Positions 1 through 10,432 of a stretch of 64,000 nucleotides of DNA are shown here, piece by piece. Position numbers and translations under genes: made by a program. The stretch comes from Lentisphaeria bacterium UBA1732 (GTDB lineage Bacteria > Verrucomicrobiota > Lentisphaeria > Victivallales > UBA1829), in assembly GCA_002315855.1 (NCBI GenBank), contig DCIG01000045.1, positions 2,196-66,195 of the forward strand, given 5' to 3'. Position 1 is the first letter of the stretch. Each line of letters opens with the position of its first letter. A model generated the notes under the pieces. That model saw only the letters and a list, made by a program, of their open reading frames with translations, had not been told where the DNA came from and did no database searches.

Positions 1-1
1 T

Positions 2-895
2 ATGCAGCACCGCAGATTCAACCGCATGGCCGCAGGACATAACACCGTGGTAGTGAACGGGCTGGAAATCGGGACTCATGATGCCATGCCGCTGACCATT
101 CATGCCGCCGATCCCATGCCGCATCCGGGCGATTATGATGTGAAAGGAAAGTCGCAGAATCATCAATTCAGCGATATTTCCACGGTACTGCCGCTCAAAG
201 AGGTCAATGCCGATATGCGGCGCGTCAATGCCATCGTGAGAATCAATGATACCAGCGGATTCCTTGTGGATATTTTCCGCGTGAAAGTTACGAAAGGCGA
301 GGGGAAAACTTATGATTATCTGTATCACAACATGGGGACGGGGCTGACGCATAATCTGAAAGGAGAGAATACGGCAGAGTTCGATCAGGAAAGCGGCTAC
401 GGATACGACTACCTGACTCCGGTCGCAGGATTCCGGACAAAGAGCAATATCACAGTGGAAATCCCGTGCGGAAAAGATGAAATTGCCATGCTCTGCCATA
501 TCCCCGAAGAACAGTTTGAACGCGACTTTTTCGACTTGCGCTCCCCCGCAAATTTCCGGCACAATCTGACATTTCTGAAGAATACCCCGGTCCCGACATT
601 CCTGATACGAAGAACCGATCATGATTTGTGGAACAAGCCTTTTGTGGTCGTTTACGAGCCTGTCGGAAAACATGCACCGCCCCAGATTTCCCATGTGGAA
701 CTACTGGAAACGGAACCGGGATTATCGGCAGTTCAAGTTCATTTGAAAAATCACGATGTCATTACAATTTTGAGTTCAACGGAGCCTGAAACGACGTATC
801 AGGTCGGGAAAATCACATTTCGGGGGACATTCGGAATCGTTACGAATCAGGAATGCTATTCCGGGGACGGGACGGACCTGAACGTTTCCCGATAA
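2..895 (+). CDS. heparinase II/III-like polysaccharide lyase, C-terminal fragment (N-terminus outside window)
   Basis: The ORF is open to the left window edge. 'MAAGHNTVVVNG' resembles the conserved HNT-x-V-x-G block of the heparinase II/III C-terminal domain, followed by a beta-rich tail. This is a motif-level call only. Confidence 0.45.
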   Translation: MQHRRFNRMAAGHNTVVVNGLEIGTHDAMPLTIHAADPMPHPGDYDVKGKSQNHQFSDISTVLPLKEVNADMRRVNAIVRINDTSGFLVDIFRVKVTKGEGKTYDYLYHNMGTGLTHNLKGENTAEFDQESGYGYDYLTPVAGFRTKSNITVEIPCGKDEIAMLCHIPEEQFERDFFDLRSPANFRHNLTFLKNTPVPTFLIRRTDHDLWNKPFVVVYEPVGKHAPPQISHVELLETEPGLSAVQVHLKNHDVITILSSTEPETTYQVGKITFRGTFGIVTNQECYSGDGTDLNVSR

Positions 896-919
896 AAAAA
901 GCACATCTTGCGATGTGCT
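894..919 (-). terminator. rho-independent terminator of the 947-1585 gene
   Basis: Hairpin agcacatc-ttgc-gatgtgct (900-919). On the minus strand it is followed by a T-run, the complement of the A-run at 894-899. It lies 28 nt past the stop codon. Confidence 0.5.
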
Positions 920-946
920 CAAAATCGTTGGAAGAGGAAGAATTTA

Positions 947-1585
947 TTATCGCATGGCATCCACCTGCTTGTCCGTCAAACCGTACAGACCTGTTGCGGG
1001 AATCCTGGAGACAGATGAGAATTTCCGGTCGCCGCGGGCTCTGATTTTCAAGGGCAGGGGGGCAAGATTGGATTTGAAGTAGTTCAGCTGAAGATTCATG
1101 GTTGTGATGGCCGTTTCGTAGGGACGCGGCAGAATCGTCAATTCACTGGACTGGACGGGGAAGAGCATACGATAATATTTGAGGGAAGAGGGTTTGCGGA
1201 TGATCCATTTATCCTGATTGACGGAATACGGGCTGTTGCCCTCTGCAACCGCGAAGCAGGGATAGCTGCCGTTTGTGCCTTTCAGCACATAATCAAATCT
1301 GCTGATACTGCGTCCATTATCCAGTTTTACGATGATTTCAACCCAAGCGGGATTGCTGATTGCAGGAATATCATAAGGGGATTCCTCTTCAAAATCGGGT
1401 TTCACCGAAGAAATTTCCGCAGAATAAATCGTTCCGGCGCGGAACGTGGCGGTGGCATCCGCTTTTTTGACTTCAGGAGTCAGGGGGGATGCGGCACCGA
1501 TTTGCTGAGCGGTCAAAGGAAGAACGGAACACAGAATCAATGCGGAAAAAAGCGTTGTGAGGAATTTGCGGAATGTCATCATCAT
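947..1585 (-). CDS. secreted hypothetical protein
   Basis: 212-aa ORF with an N-terminal signal peptide (MMMTFRKFLTTLFSALILCSVLPLTAQQ). I recognise no family. Confidence 0.5.
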   Translation of the reverse strand: MMMTFRKFLTTLFSALILCSVLPLTAQQIGAASPLTPEVKKADATATFRAGTIYSAEISSVKPDFEEESPYDIPAISNPAWVEIIVKLDNGRSISRFDYVLKGTNGSYPCFAVAEGNSPYSVNQDKWIIRKPSSLKYYRMLFPVQSSELTILPRPYETAITTMNLQLNYFKSNLAPLPLKIRARGDRKFSSVSRIPATGLYGLTDKQVDAMR

Positions 1586-1927
1586 ATCTCTCCGGCGAAA
1601 ATGAATTGCATAAGACAGATCGGCTTCCCCGGTGCATGTCGGAAAGCCCGGAAAGCGTTTTCAGGAGACAGTGGAATCCCATGAAAACAATTTCTCAAAA
1701 TAGTATAGCATTTCCCATGAAAAAATCAAGTAAAAACGAAAAAAAAACAGCGATTTCCCAAAGAGGTATTTCAATGCGTGAGGATGACATTTGAAAACAG
1801 TGCAAAAAAAGTATGGGTGTTTTTTTGTTTCCCGCTTGTATTTTCTTCTGCGGAGATGTAATGTATTCGATATTTGATCTAATTTCAAAAAGGCTCTGCC
1901 TGTCGAAACTATTCAGAAAGGTCTCTC

Positions 1928-3040
1928 ATGTCAAAATCACCAGTTTATTTTACCGATTTTCGTACACAATTCGGGTTGACACAGTGCGATAAGCTCGTCA
2001 AGCTGATAAAAAAAGCAGGCATCGAAGATTTGCCGCTTCGGGACAGTTTTGCCGCAGTCAAAATTCATTTCGGCGAACCGGGCAACCTCGCCTATCTGCG
2101 TCCGGCGTATGCCGCGTCCGTAGTGGAAGTCCTGTCCAGTCGCGGAGCACGCCCCTATCTCACGGATTGCAATACGCTTTATCCGGGCGGACGCAAAAAT
2201 GCTTTGGAACATCTGGAAGCGGCCTATAAGAACGGTTTTACGCCCTATTCGATCGGCTGTCAGATTCTGATCGGCGACGGTTTGAAAGGCAATGACGATG
2301 TGGAACTCCCCGTTCCCAACGGCGAACTTCTCCAAAAAGCATACATCGGACGGGCGATTGCGGATTCGGATGTGCTGATTACGCTGAATCATTTCAAAGC
2401 GCACGAAATGACGGGGATGGGCGGCGCATTGAAAAATCTCGGCATGGGATGCGGGTCCCGTGCCGGGAAAAAAGCAATGCACAATGATGGTTTGACAAAG
2501 GTTTTGCAGGAATATTGCGTCGGATGCGGCCGCTGTACCAAAGCGTGTGCGCACGGGGCACCGCATGTGGAACACGGACATGCCTCAATCGATCTCACAA
2601 AGTGCGTCGGATGCGGCCGCTGCATCGGAGTATGTCCCCATGACGCAATCATGGCGATTGACGGGCAGGCGAACGGACTTCTGGATAAAAAAATCGCGGA
2701 ATATGCCGCCGCCGTGCTGAACAACCGTCCATCGTTCCATATTTCTCTGGTTCGAGATGTATCCCCGTATTGCGATTGCCATTCGGAAAATGATGCGGCA
2801 ATCGTGCCCGATATCGGCATGTTTGCATCGTTTGACCCAGTGGCACTGGATCAGGCGTGTTCCGATGCGGTTCTGAATGCACCGGTTCTGCCTCATACTG
2901 CGTTGGAAGAACGCCGCAATGCGGAATCGCCCTGCAACCATTTCACATCACTTTTTCCGGAAACCGACTGGGAAATCCAGCTGAATCATGCAGTGAAACT
3001 TGGTCTGGGGACACGAGAATACGAACTGATTCGCATTTGA
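1928..3040 (+). CDS. DUF362 domain protein with 4Fe-4S dicluster ferredoxin domain
   Basis: The N-terminal region 'AVKIHFGEPGNLAYLRP...YLTDCNTLY' is typical of DUF362. It carries two CxxCxxCxxxCP motifs (CVGCGRCTKACAHGA and CVGCGRCIGVCPHDA). Confidence 0.8.
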   Translation: MSKSPVYFTDFRTQFGLTQCDKLVKLIKKAGIEDLPLRDSFAAVKIHFGEPGNLAYLRPAYAASVVEVLSSRGARPYLTDCNTLYPGGRKNALEHLEAAYKNGFTPYSIGCQILIGDGLKGNDDVELPVPNGELLQKAYIGRAIADSDVLITLNHFKAHEMTGMGGALKNLGMGCGSRAGKKAMHNDGLTKVLQEYCVGCGRCTKACAHGAPHVEHGHASIDLTKCVGCGRCIGVCPHDAIMAIDGQANGLLDKKIAEYAAAVLNNRPSFHISLVRDVSPYCDCHSENDAAIVPDIGMFASFDPVALDQACSDAVLNAPVLPHTALEERRNAESPCNHFTSLFPETDWEIQLNHAVKLGLGTREYELIRI

Positions 3041-3071
3041 GAGGAGATACGTTCACATTCTTTGAACGGCG

Positions 3072-3109
3072 AAAAAAAGCACGCATTCCGACGGGTTTGC
3101 GTGCTTTTT
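3072..3109. terminator. bidirectional intrinsic terminator between convergent genes
   Basis: A-run (3072-3078), stem gcacgca (3079-3085) / tgcgtgc (3098-3104), then T-run (3105-3109). It sits between the DUF362 stop and the glnN stop. Confidence 0.6.
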
Positions 3110-3141
3110 CATGACCACAAAAGGAGATTTCGGAACTTGTT

Positions 3142-5286
3142 TCACGAGATAAACAAAATCTCACGATATTTGGGCAGCAGCCATAAATCATCCGGCACGA
3201 TGTGTTCCAGACGATCCGCCGCGACGCGCAATTCCGCCATTGCCGACAAAATGTTGCGTTCCGCGTTGTCCTCCTCCAATCGCAATTCCAGTTTTTCCGC
3301 CGCAGTAGTCAGTGCGTCCGCAAGGAATGCGACTTTGTTGTAATTTTCTTTTGCGAATGCGGGAGCATCCTGAGAGGATTTCAGCGGCAAGAGGATATTC
3401 AGATGCCGCAGAGCCGCAGGCAAAATAATCGTGCGGGCCATCAGCAAAGAAAGCGAACCTTCGATTCGGATGCGGTTGCGGTAATCATTCATCAGGATTT
3501 CATAACGAGAGCGGATTTCCGCACGTGTGAAAACACCCGTTTTTTCGATGAAAGTGATATTATCTTCTTTCTTGAGAGCTTCCAGCGCATCCAGTGTGTC
3601 CGGCGCATTCGGCAAGCCGCGTTTCGCCGCTTCCCGAATCCAGTCGGCATCATAACCGTTTCCGTTGAAAATCACGCGTTTGTGCTTATTGAAGACTTCG
3701 GCCAGAAGCGAATTGAGTTTGGCAGAAATATTCTGTTTGCCGCCAAACGATTCAATTTTTTCCGCCATGCAGTCCAGCGATTCCGCCGCAATCATGTTCA
3801 GTATGGTGCAGATACCGGCACAAGACTGACTGGAACCGGGAGCGCGAAATTCAAACTTGTTGCTTGTGAATGCAAACGGGCTTGTGCGGTTGCGGTCCGT
3901 GGCATCCAGCGGGAAGGGCGGCAACGCATCAACTCCGATGTGGAAAATACTCTTGCGGTCGCGTTTTTCGCCGTCATTTTCAGTTTCCGAACTCAACTGT
4001 TCCAGCACATTGACGAGCTGGGAACCAAGGAAGATCGAGATAATTGCCGGAGGCGCTTCATTTGCGCCCAAACGGAAATCGTTGCCTTGCGTCGCCGTCG
4101 CCGCGCGAAGCAAATCGCTGTGCATATCGACCGCGCGAATAATGGCACAGAGCGTGGTCAGGAAAATGGCATTCTGACGGGGGTTTTTACCCGGATTGAG
4201 GAGATTGACGCCATCGCAGGCCAAAGACCAGTTGTTGTGCTTGCCGGAACCATTGATGCCCGCGAACGGCTTTTCGTGGAGCAGGCAAACCAGCCCGTGT
4301 TCTTCCGCCGTCAAGCGCAGGATTTCCATAATCAGCATATTGTGATCGACAGCCAGATTAATATCTTCAAACAGCGGAGCCAGTTCAAACTGAGCGGGCG
4401 CGACTTCATTATGGCGTGTTTTGGCAGGGATGCCGAGATGCCACAAGCGGCGTTCCACATCAGCCATAAACGCCAGTACGCGGGGGTGAATCGCGCCATA
4501 ATAATGGTCGTCCAGCTGCTGATGCTTCGGGGGAGGCGCACCGAAGAGGGTGCGCCCCGTCTGAATCAAATCGGGGCGAGCCAGATAGAAATTGCGGTCA
4601 ATCAGGAAGTATTCCTGTTCTGCTCCCAGACTGATTTGCACATGGGCGTCTTCGCTGTTTTCGCCGAATGCGTTCATCAAGCGGTGAACCGCTTTCTTCA
4701 TGTACTGAATCGAGCGCAGAAGAGGAGTTTTCTTGTCCAGAGCTTCACAGTTGTAACTGCAAAATGCCGTGGGAATGCAAAGCGTGGCGCTGTTTGTGCC
4801 GCGCCGGATAAAAGCCGGACTGGTGGGGTCCCAAGCCGTGTAGCCGCGAGCTTCAAATGTGGAACGCAAACCGCCGGAGGGGAAACTTGAGGCATCCGAT
4901 TCGCCGACAATCAGGTTCTTTCCTGAAAACCTGGCGATAAAATTCTGGTCTTCATCAGGTTCCAAAAGTGCATCATGCTTTTCCGCAGTTGTCCCCGTGA
5001 GAGGCTGGAACCAGTGTGTGAAGTGGGTTGCGCCTCTGGAAATCGCCCAGTTTTTCATTGCGGTGGCCACATCATCGGCGATTGCAGGGTCGATGGCTGC
5101 GCCGTCACGGACCGTTTTAATCAGTTTCTGAAACGTTTCGTTCGGAAGCAATTTTTTCATTTGTCGCGTATTGAAGACATCTTCGGCGTAAGAGGATGTT
5201 ACTTCTTCCACAGAACACCCCTCACACTTCCGGGGGATTCCGTTTGCGGCGACGGATGAAACCGCGTTTTCTCTTGGTGTACTCAT
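3142..5286 (-). CDS. glnN: glutamine synthetase, type III
   Basis: 714 aa, the length class of GSIII. The N-terminal block '...AISRGATHFTHWFQPLTGTTAEKHDALL' and the catalytic-domain blocks (NGSGKHNNWS, FRAPGSS) match. Confidence 0.9.
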   Translation of the reverse strand: MSTPRENAVSSVAANGIPRKCEGCSVEEVTSSYAEDVFNTRQMKKLLPNETFQKLIKTVRDGAAIDPAIADDVATAMKNWAISRGATHFTHWFQPLTGTTAEKHDALLEPDEDQNFIARFSGKNLIVGESDASSFPSGGLRSTFEARGYTAWDPTSPAFIRRGTNSATLCIPTAFCSYNCEALDKKTPLLRSIQYMKKAVHRLMNAFGENSEDAHVQISLGAEQEYFLIDRNFYLARPDLIQTGRTLFGAPPPKHQQLDDHYYGAIHPRVLAFMADVERRLWHLGIPAKTRHNEVAPAQFELAPLFEDINLAVDHNMLIMEILRLTAEEHGLVCLLHEKPFAGINGSGKHNNWSLACDGVNLLNPGKNPRQNAIFLTTLCAIIRAVDMHSDLLRAATATQGNDFRLGANEAPPAIISIFLGSQLVNVLEQLSSETENDGEKRDRKSIFHIGVDALPPFPLDATDRNRTSPFAFTSNKFEFRAPGSSQSCAGICTILNMIAAESLDCMAEKIESFGGKQNISAKLNSLLAEVFNKHKRVIFNGNGYDADWIREAAKRGLPNAPDTLDALEALKKEDNITFIEKTGVFTRAEIRSRYEILMNDYRNRIRIEGSLSLLMARTIILPAALRHLNILLPLKSSQDAPAFAKENYNKVAFLADALTTAAEKLELRLEEDNAERNILSAMAELRVAADRLEHIVPDDLWLLPKYREILFIS

Positions 5287-5317
5287 GGAACGTTTCCTTA
5301 AAAAGAAAAGTTAAAGG

Positions 5318-5357
5318 AGTTCATTTCAAATATCCGGCAATGACTTTGAAACGAGCT
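5318..5357 (-). repeat. 13-bp-stem hairpin, a compact member of the intergenic inverted-repeat family; possible terminator/attenuator just upstream of glnN
   Basis: Arms agttcatttcaaa (5318-5330) and tttgaaacgagct (5345-5357) pair with 1 mismatch and 1 G-U, around the loop tatccggcaatgac. On the minus strand it is followed by a T-rich tract and then the glnN ATG 32 nt away. Confidence 0.45.
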
Positions 5358-5546
5358 TAAAGGGGGATGTGTCAAGCTGTTTTTCAAAAAAGTTGAGGAG
5401 CAAATCGCAAAGAGTTTTCTCATTGTCGAAGGACATTTACAATTCTTCAAAGAAAAAACTCTGCAAAATCACTCTGCTTATGTTTGGAAAAATACTCAAA
5501 AATGCAACTTTTGAAAGCAACGAAACCGCAGCTTTAAAAGAAGTTC

Positions 5547-5567
5547 GAGGGACAAAAAATGTCCCTC
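5547..5567 (-). terminator. candidate terminator after purE
   Basis: Hairpin gagggaca-aaaaa-tgtccctc. On the minus strand it is followed by gaacttctttt. It lies 26 nt past the purE stop. Confidence 0.35.
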
Positions 5568-5592
5568 ATAAAAGGTCAGACGAGTTATGCAG

Positions 5593-6090
5593 TCAAGCAA
5601 GCTGTGCCTGAAGAGCAGCATCATCCGCCAGAACCTTGGCTGCCTGTGCTTTGCGGAATTCCAGCAGCCTGGCGGCAAGAGCCTTGTCATTCATTGCCAG
5701 CATTTCGACAGCCAGCAGAGCGGCATTTTTTCCTCCGGCAGAACCAGCAGTTACCGTAGCGACGGGGATTCCGGGGGGCATTTGCACCATAGCGAGCAGA
5801 GAATCCAGCCCGTTAAAAGGCGCAGACGCCATCGGGATGCCGATTACAGGACAAATCGTATGTGCCGCAATCACTCCGGCGAGATGAGCCGCCATACCGG
5901 CAGCACAGATGAAGACGGAAGTGCCGTTTTTTTCTGCATTTTTCGCCACATCTGCGGCTTCATCGGGAGTGCGGTGTGCGGACAAAATGCGGGCGGTAAA
6001 AGATACATCGAACTGTTTCAGTGTATCAAATGCACCTTTCAGTGAGTCAAGATCGCTCTTGCTCCCCATGATAATCGTAACTTTTGCCAT
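5593..6090 (-). CDS. purE: 5-(carboxyamino)imidazole ribonucleotide mutase
   Basis: 165 aa. '[11 protein letters not shown]...SAHRTPD...[21 protein letters not shown]' are the hallmark PurE blocks. Confidence 0.9.
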   Translation of the reverse strand: MAKVTIIMGSKSDLDSLKGAFDTLKQFDVSFTARILSAHRTPDEAADVAKNAEKNGTSVFICAAGMAAHLAGVIAAHTICPVIGIPMASAPFNGLDSLLAMVQMPPGIPVATVTAGSAGGKNAALLAVEMLAMNDKALAARLLEFRKAQAAKVLADDAALQAQLA

Positions 6091-6099
6091 AAGAACCGT

Positions 6100-6390
6100 T
6101 TATTCTCCGGGAATATCCAGCGGGTCAGCGGCGTTGTTTTTGGCATCGCGCAGGGCCGCGAGTTCATCAATAATCGTGTTGGAGCCGGCTTTCGGGAAAT
6201 CGGCAATGATGTGTCCTTCGGCGATTTCCAGCAGAGCGATGTCAAGGAAATTATCCATATCTTTATCAGATTTGATGGTGGCGCGGCTTTTGCCGCTTGC
6301 CAGATCAGCAGCGCGCTTGGAGGCAAGCACAATAAGCGTTTTTGCATCAGGAATGACCTGTTTTGCGCGTTCGAGATATTCGTTGTTCAT
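6100..6390 (-). CDS. rpoZ: DNA-directed RNA polymerase omega subunit-like protein
   Basis: 96 aa. 'LIVLASKRAADL' and 'IALLEIAEGHI' resemble the two conserved RpoZ helices. Confidence 0.6.
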   Translation of the reverse strand: MNNEYLERAKQVIPDAKTLIVLASKRAADLASGKSRATIKSDKDMDNFLDIALLEIAEGHIIADFPKAGSNTIIDELAALRDAKNNAADPLDIPGE

Positions 6391-6414
6391 GGGAACTCCT
6401 TAATATTGAAAAGA

Positions 6415-8127
6415 TTAATATGAAATAACTTCAGAGTGCTGCCGGATGACGCTGAAATCCCCGCTCATGACCAGCTCATGATTGCGGAGGAAATCAAATT
6501 TCGCATCACGGATGTAACGTTCCGCGACAGGCATACGAGAGGCATCTGCCTGAGCATTGCGCAGAAGCAGAAGACCAGCCAGAATAAACGTTTCATTTTC
6601 CACTAAATTGCGTGCACGGAGACTGTGGTATTCCTTCGAAAATTCTTTCAGGGAAGCCACATATTCCACTGCGGCAAGCTGCTGTTTCCGCATATCTGCG
6701 AGAATTGACTTCAACTCACCATCGGGAACTGCCGCGAAGAAATCATCAAACATCTTGTCCAAAGAACGTGCCATGACGCCGCCGATTGCCGCGACGACCT
6801 GCAACTGAGTTGTTCCTTCATAAATGTTTGTGATACGGGCATCACGGAAATAACGTTCCGCATCGAAATCGTGCATATAGCCTGCGCCGCCGTGAATCTG
6901 AATCGCATCGTAAGCGATTTTGTTTGCGGTTTCGGTGGAAAGAGCTTTGGAAATCGGGGTGAGAGTATCCGTGACTGCGGTATAATATTTCACTTTCGCA
7001 CGGATTTCCGGATCGGGTGTTTCCAGCTTGTCGCTGAGGTGCGTATAGCCGTTTCTCAGGTCGACATTGCGAGTGGTTTCATACAGCACGGCACGAGATG
7101 CGGCCAAAGATGCTTTCATGCGGGCCAGCATATCATAAACCGGGGGGAAATTGTCGATGCTCTGTTTGAACTGCATACGTTCCGAAGCGTATTTCCGGGC
7201 TTCGTTGTATGCCGCTTCAGCGATACCGACAGCCTGTGCGCTGATGGAGATTCTGGCCCCATTCATCAAAGACATAACATATTTGATTAAGCCGCGTTTA
7301 CGCATTCCGCAGAGTTCGGCGGGGACATGGTTGTACTGCAGTTCGCAGGTCGGAACGCCATGAATCCCCAGTTTGTGTTCGATGCGGCGCACAACCAGAT
7401 CCGGAGTTTTGGTGCAGATGAACATACTCAAGCCACGTCCATCGGTTGTGCCTTCTTCCGAACGAGCCAGAACGAGGTGAATTTTCGAGCATCCATTGGT
7501 GATAAAACGTTTTGCGCCATCGAGATACCAGTTTCCGTTCTCATCCTGCGCGGCTTTCAGTCTCACCGACTGCAAATCCGAGCCGGAATCCGGTTCCGTC
7601 AAATCCATGGACCCATCGGCCTCACCGGAAACAAACAACGGCAGATATTTTCTGCGCTGTTCTTCCGAGCCAAATTCGCAGATTGTCGCGGCGATGTCCT
7701 GCAACCCGAAGAGGTTCTGCAAACTGGCATCGGCACGGCTGACCATTTCGGTCATCATCGTGTAAATCGTCAGCGGGAAGTTCAGACCGCCGTATTCGCG
7801 GGGGAGAATCACGCCCAGAAGACCGGCGGCTTTCAAGTCATCGAGATTCTGCTGTGTCAGAGGATGATAAGCGACTTCATGGTTTTCAAAACGGGGACCT
7901 TCTTCATCGACCTGACGCGAACGGGGGGCGATCCGGTCGCCGGCAATTCCGCCCACGACTTCCAGAATGCGGCGGAAGCTGTCTTTGGCGTCTTCGAGAT
8001 TTTCCGGAGCTGTATCAAATTCCTTGCAGGCAGTATAATCTTTTTCAATCAGGCGCATCACCTCATCCAAATCGAGGCTGCCGAATGTGAACATCAGATC
8101 TGCATTATCAGTATAGAAATTAGACAT
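6415..8127 (-). CDS. acyl-CoA dehydrogenase (long form)
   Basis: 570 aa. ACAD middle and C-terminal blocks are present ('LTEPDSGSDL', 'ITNG', 'QIHGGAGY..DFDAERYFRDARITNIYEGT'). It lies directly downstream of etfBA. Confidence 0.85.
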   Translation of the reverse strand: MSNFYTDNADLMFTFGSLDLDEVMRLIEKDYTACKEFDTAPENLEDAKDSFRRILEVVGGIAGDRIAPRSRQVDEEGPRFENHEVAYHPLTQQNLDDLKAAGLLGVILPREYGGLNFPLTIYTMMTEMVSRADASLQNLFGLQDIAATICEFGSEEQRRKYLPLFVSGEADGSMDLTEPDSGSDLQSVRLKAAQDENGNWYLDGAKRFITNGCSKIHLVLARSEEGTTDGRGLSMFICTKTPDLVVRRIEHKLGIHGVPTCELQYNHVPAELCGMRKRGLIKYVMSLMNGARISISAQAVGIAEAAYNEARKYASERMQFKQSIDNFPPVYDMLARMKASLAASRAVLYETTRNVDLRNGYTHLSDKLETPDPEIRAKVKYYTAVTDTLTPISKALSTETANKIAYDAIQIHGGAGYMHDFDAERYFRDARITNIYEGTTQLQVVAAIGGVMARSLDKMFDDFFAAVPDGELKSILADMRKQQLAAVEYVASLKEFSKEYHSLRARNLVENETFILAGLLLLRNAQADASRMPVAERYIRDAKFDFLRNHELVMSGDFSVIRQHSEVISY

Positions 8128-8136
8128 GGCATCACC

Positions 8137-9174
8137 TCATGCTTTCGATTTGTAGGCTTTGATCATCATCGGGATGACCTGTTTCAGATCGCCGATAATC
8201 CCATAGTGGGCGATTGAGAAAATCGGGGCATGGGGGTCGCTGTTGATTGCGATGATTTTTTTGCTTTCCGCCATACCTGCGGTGTGCTGAACCGACCCGC
8301 TGATTCCGCAGGCGATATACAGTTTCGGGCGCACGGTTACGCCGGTCTGACCGACCTGATAATCGTGGTCAATCCATCCTGCATCAACCGCAGGACGCGA
8401 GGCCGCCACCTGACCGCCTAAAGCGTCCGCCAAATCGCGGATGAGCCGGAAATTTTCTGCGGAGCCAACCCCGTATCCGCCAGCCACAATGATTTGCGCG
8501 GCGTTCAGGTTGACCGTTTTTTCCTGCCGGATTCGTTCGATGACCTTGACGGCGGTTTCTTTTCCGGTCAAAGCCACGGGGCAGGGGATGATTCTGCCGG
8601 TACGCCCTGACACAGGTTCATCCATTTTCATAACGCCGGGGCGAACTGTAACCATTTGAGGATCGGCCCAGGTATTCACGATGGTCGCAATAATGTTTCC
8701 GCCGAAAGCCGGACGAATCTGCATCAGTTTATTGCGGAGCAGAACACCTTTCCGCTTGTCCTCGAAATCATCAATCCGCAAGTCGGTGCAGTCTGCGGTC
8801 AGGCCGCACAAATTCGCGGAGGCGATTCTCGGCGCGAGTTCGCGTCCTTTCATGGTTGCGCCGAAAAGCAGAATATTCGGACGGTGTTCGTGAATCAAAT
8901 CCGTGATGACTTTTGCAAACGGCAGCACGGTGAACGGTTCCAAGCGGTCGTCTTCGGCAAGCAGGACATTGTCTGCTCCGTATTCAAACAATTTTGCGCA
9001 GCATTCTTTGACGCCTGTCCCGCCCAAAAGCACGGCTTCGGTCAGCACACCAAGTTTTGCGGCGAGTTCGCGTCCGCGGGACAGCAGTTCCAAACTCACA
9101 TCTGCGATTTTCCCGGCTTCCTGTTCAACGAAAACCCATACATTTCCAATCTGTGTTTCACTCATGGCTATCAT
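8137..9174 (-). CDS. etfA: electron transfer flavoprotein alpha subunit
   Basis: The FAD-binding C-terminus 'LYIACGISGSVQHTAGMAESKKIIAINSDPHAPIF..A.YGIIGDL' matches. Its start overlaps the etfB stop by 4 nt. Confidence 0.9.
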   Translation of the reverse strand: MIAMSETQIGNVWVFVEQEAGKIADVSLELLSRGRELAAKLGVLTEAVLLGGTGVKECCAKLFEYGADNVLLAEDDRLEPFTVLPFAKVITDLIHEHRPNILLFGATMKGRELAPRIASANLCGLTADCTDLRIDDFEDKRKGVLLRNKLMQIRPAFGGNIIATIVNTWADPQMVTVRPGVMKMDEPVSGRTGRIIPCPVALTGKETAVKVIERIRQEKTVNLNAAQIIVAGGYGVGSAENFRLIRDLADALGGQVAASRPAVDAGWIDHDYQVGQTGVTVRPKLYIACGISGSVQHTAGMAESKKIIAINSDPHAPIFSIAHYGIIGDLKQVIPMMIKAYKSKA

Positions 9175-10055
9175 CCTAACGTGTGATCTTCGATAAGTTC
9201 ATGGACAAAGGTATTGATTCCCTCAGCAGTGGGAGCAATTTCCTTGAAATCGCCGCCTTTCAATACCACGCTCACGATTTCTTTTACGCTGGTCGGCGAT
9301 CCGCTGAACCCCAGACGGCTGAATTCCGCTTCCGGCACGGCATCTTTTGCAGTCCATTCCTGAATCAGCAAACCTTTTTTCTGCATTTCCGCAAGCTCAT
9401 CCTGCGTTGCCGCTTCGCCTTTATTCTTCGCGATTTCGGAGGCGGTTTTCGCTTTTTTGTATTTCAAAATGCGGAAAGCATTTTCGGGGCGAGGATCATT
9501 GGCGTCAATAACGGTCAAAAGTACCGGAGTCGGGGATTCCAATACCTCATATCCGCCTTCAATCGCGCGTTTTGCGCGTATTTTTCCGTCTTGAAGATCA
9601 AGCACTTCCTGAACGTAGGAAATCTGCGGAATATCAAGTTTTTCTGCAATCTGCGGTCCTACCTGCGCAGTGTCGCCATCGATGGCCTGACGACCGCAAA
9701 TGATAATATCCGCATCGGCGACTTTTTTCGCCACACGGCTGAGGGCGAAGCTGGTTGCCAAGGTATCCGATCCGGCAAACGCACGGTCGCTCAGCAGAAT
9801 CGTTTCGTCTGCGCCTCTGAACAACGCATCACGCAGGATATTGGCGGCATTGGGCGGTCCCATGGTTGCCGCAATCACTTTGGCGCCATAGCGGTCTTTC
9901 AGCTGGAGAGCCAGTTCCAAAGCGTTCAGGTCATCGGGGTTGAAAATGGCCGGCAATGCGGCCCGGTTCACTGTACCGTCCGGCTTCATGGCATCGCCGG
10001 TAATATTTTTTGTGTCCGGCACCTGCTTCACAAAAACGAGGATTGTGCAGCTCAT
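9171..10055 (-). CDS. etfB: electron transfer flavoprotein beta subunit
   Basis: 'ILVFVKQVPDT...NPDDLNALELAL' is the canonical EtfB N-terminus. Confidence 0.9.
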   Translation of the reverse strand: MSCTILVFVKQVPDTKNITGDAMKPDGTVNRAALPAIFNPDDLNALELALQLKDRYGAKVIAATMGPPNAANILRDALFRGADETILLSDRAFAGSDTLATSFALSRVAKKVADADIIICGRQAIDGDTAQVGPQIAEKLDIPQISYVQEVLDLQDGKIRAKRAIEGGYEVLESPTPVLLTVIDANDPRPENAFRILKYKKAKTASEIAKNKGEAATQDELAEMQKKGLLIQEWTAKDAVPEAEFSRLGFSGSPTSVKEIVSVVLKGGDFKEIAPTAEGINTFVHELIEDHTLG

Positions 10056-10432
10056 GATAAACTCCTTTTTGGGTGAAATATGGTAAGCCTTGAGGGTATC
10101 TCAGAAAATGAATCGTCGACAGTTTTCATTCATTGTCCAAGCATGGAACAATGTTTCATTGATCGTGATACCCTTGAATTTAATTCATTTGAATAGATAA
10201 TATAGCACATTTTTGCAGAAAGTCAATTTATTCCGCCTTTAAAATATGAAATACGGTCTGCCGATGAAATTCGCACAGGATTTGTCCGATGAAGCCAACT
10301 TGTGGCGACAGGAAAAACAGATTCGGCGATTTTATTCAGACATGTGACAGGCAGTACATGGAGCAATATGGAGCTTCAATTCCTGCGGCAAGCTATTGAG
10401 GGGATGTTAGAAAATGATGTGATTTTCTCGAG

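Noticed and set aside
3202-4890. 562-aa ORF on the plus strand
   Set aside because: It lies entirely antisense to the well-supported glnN gene. Its composition is Arg/Phe/Gln-rich and low in complexity, with no motifs. It is a typical shadow ORF of a gene with third-position GC bias.
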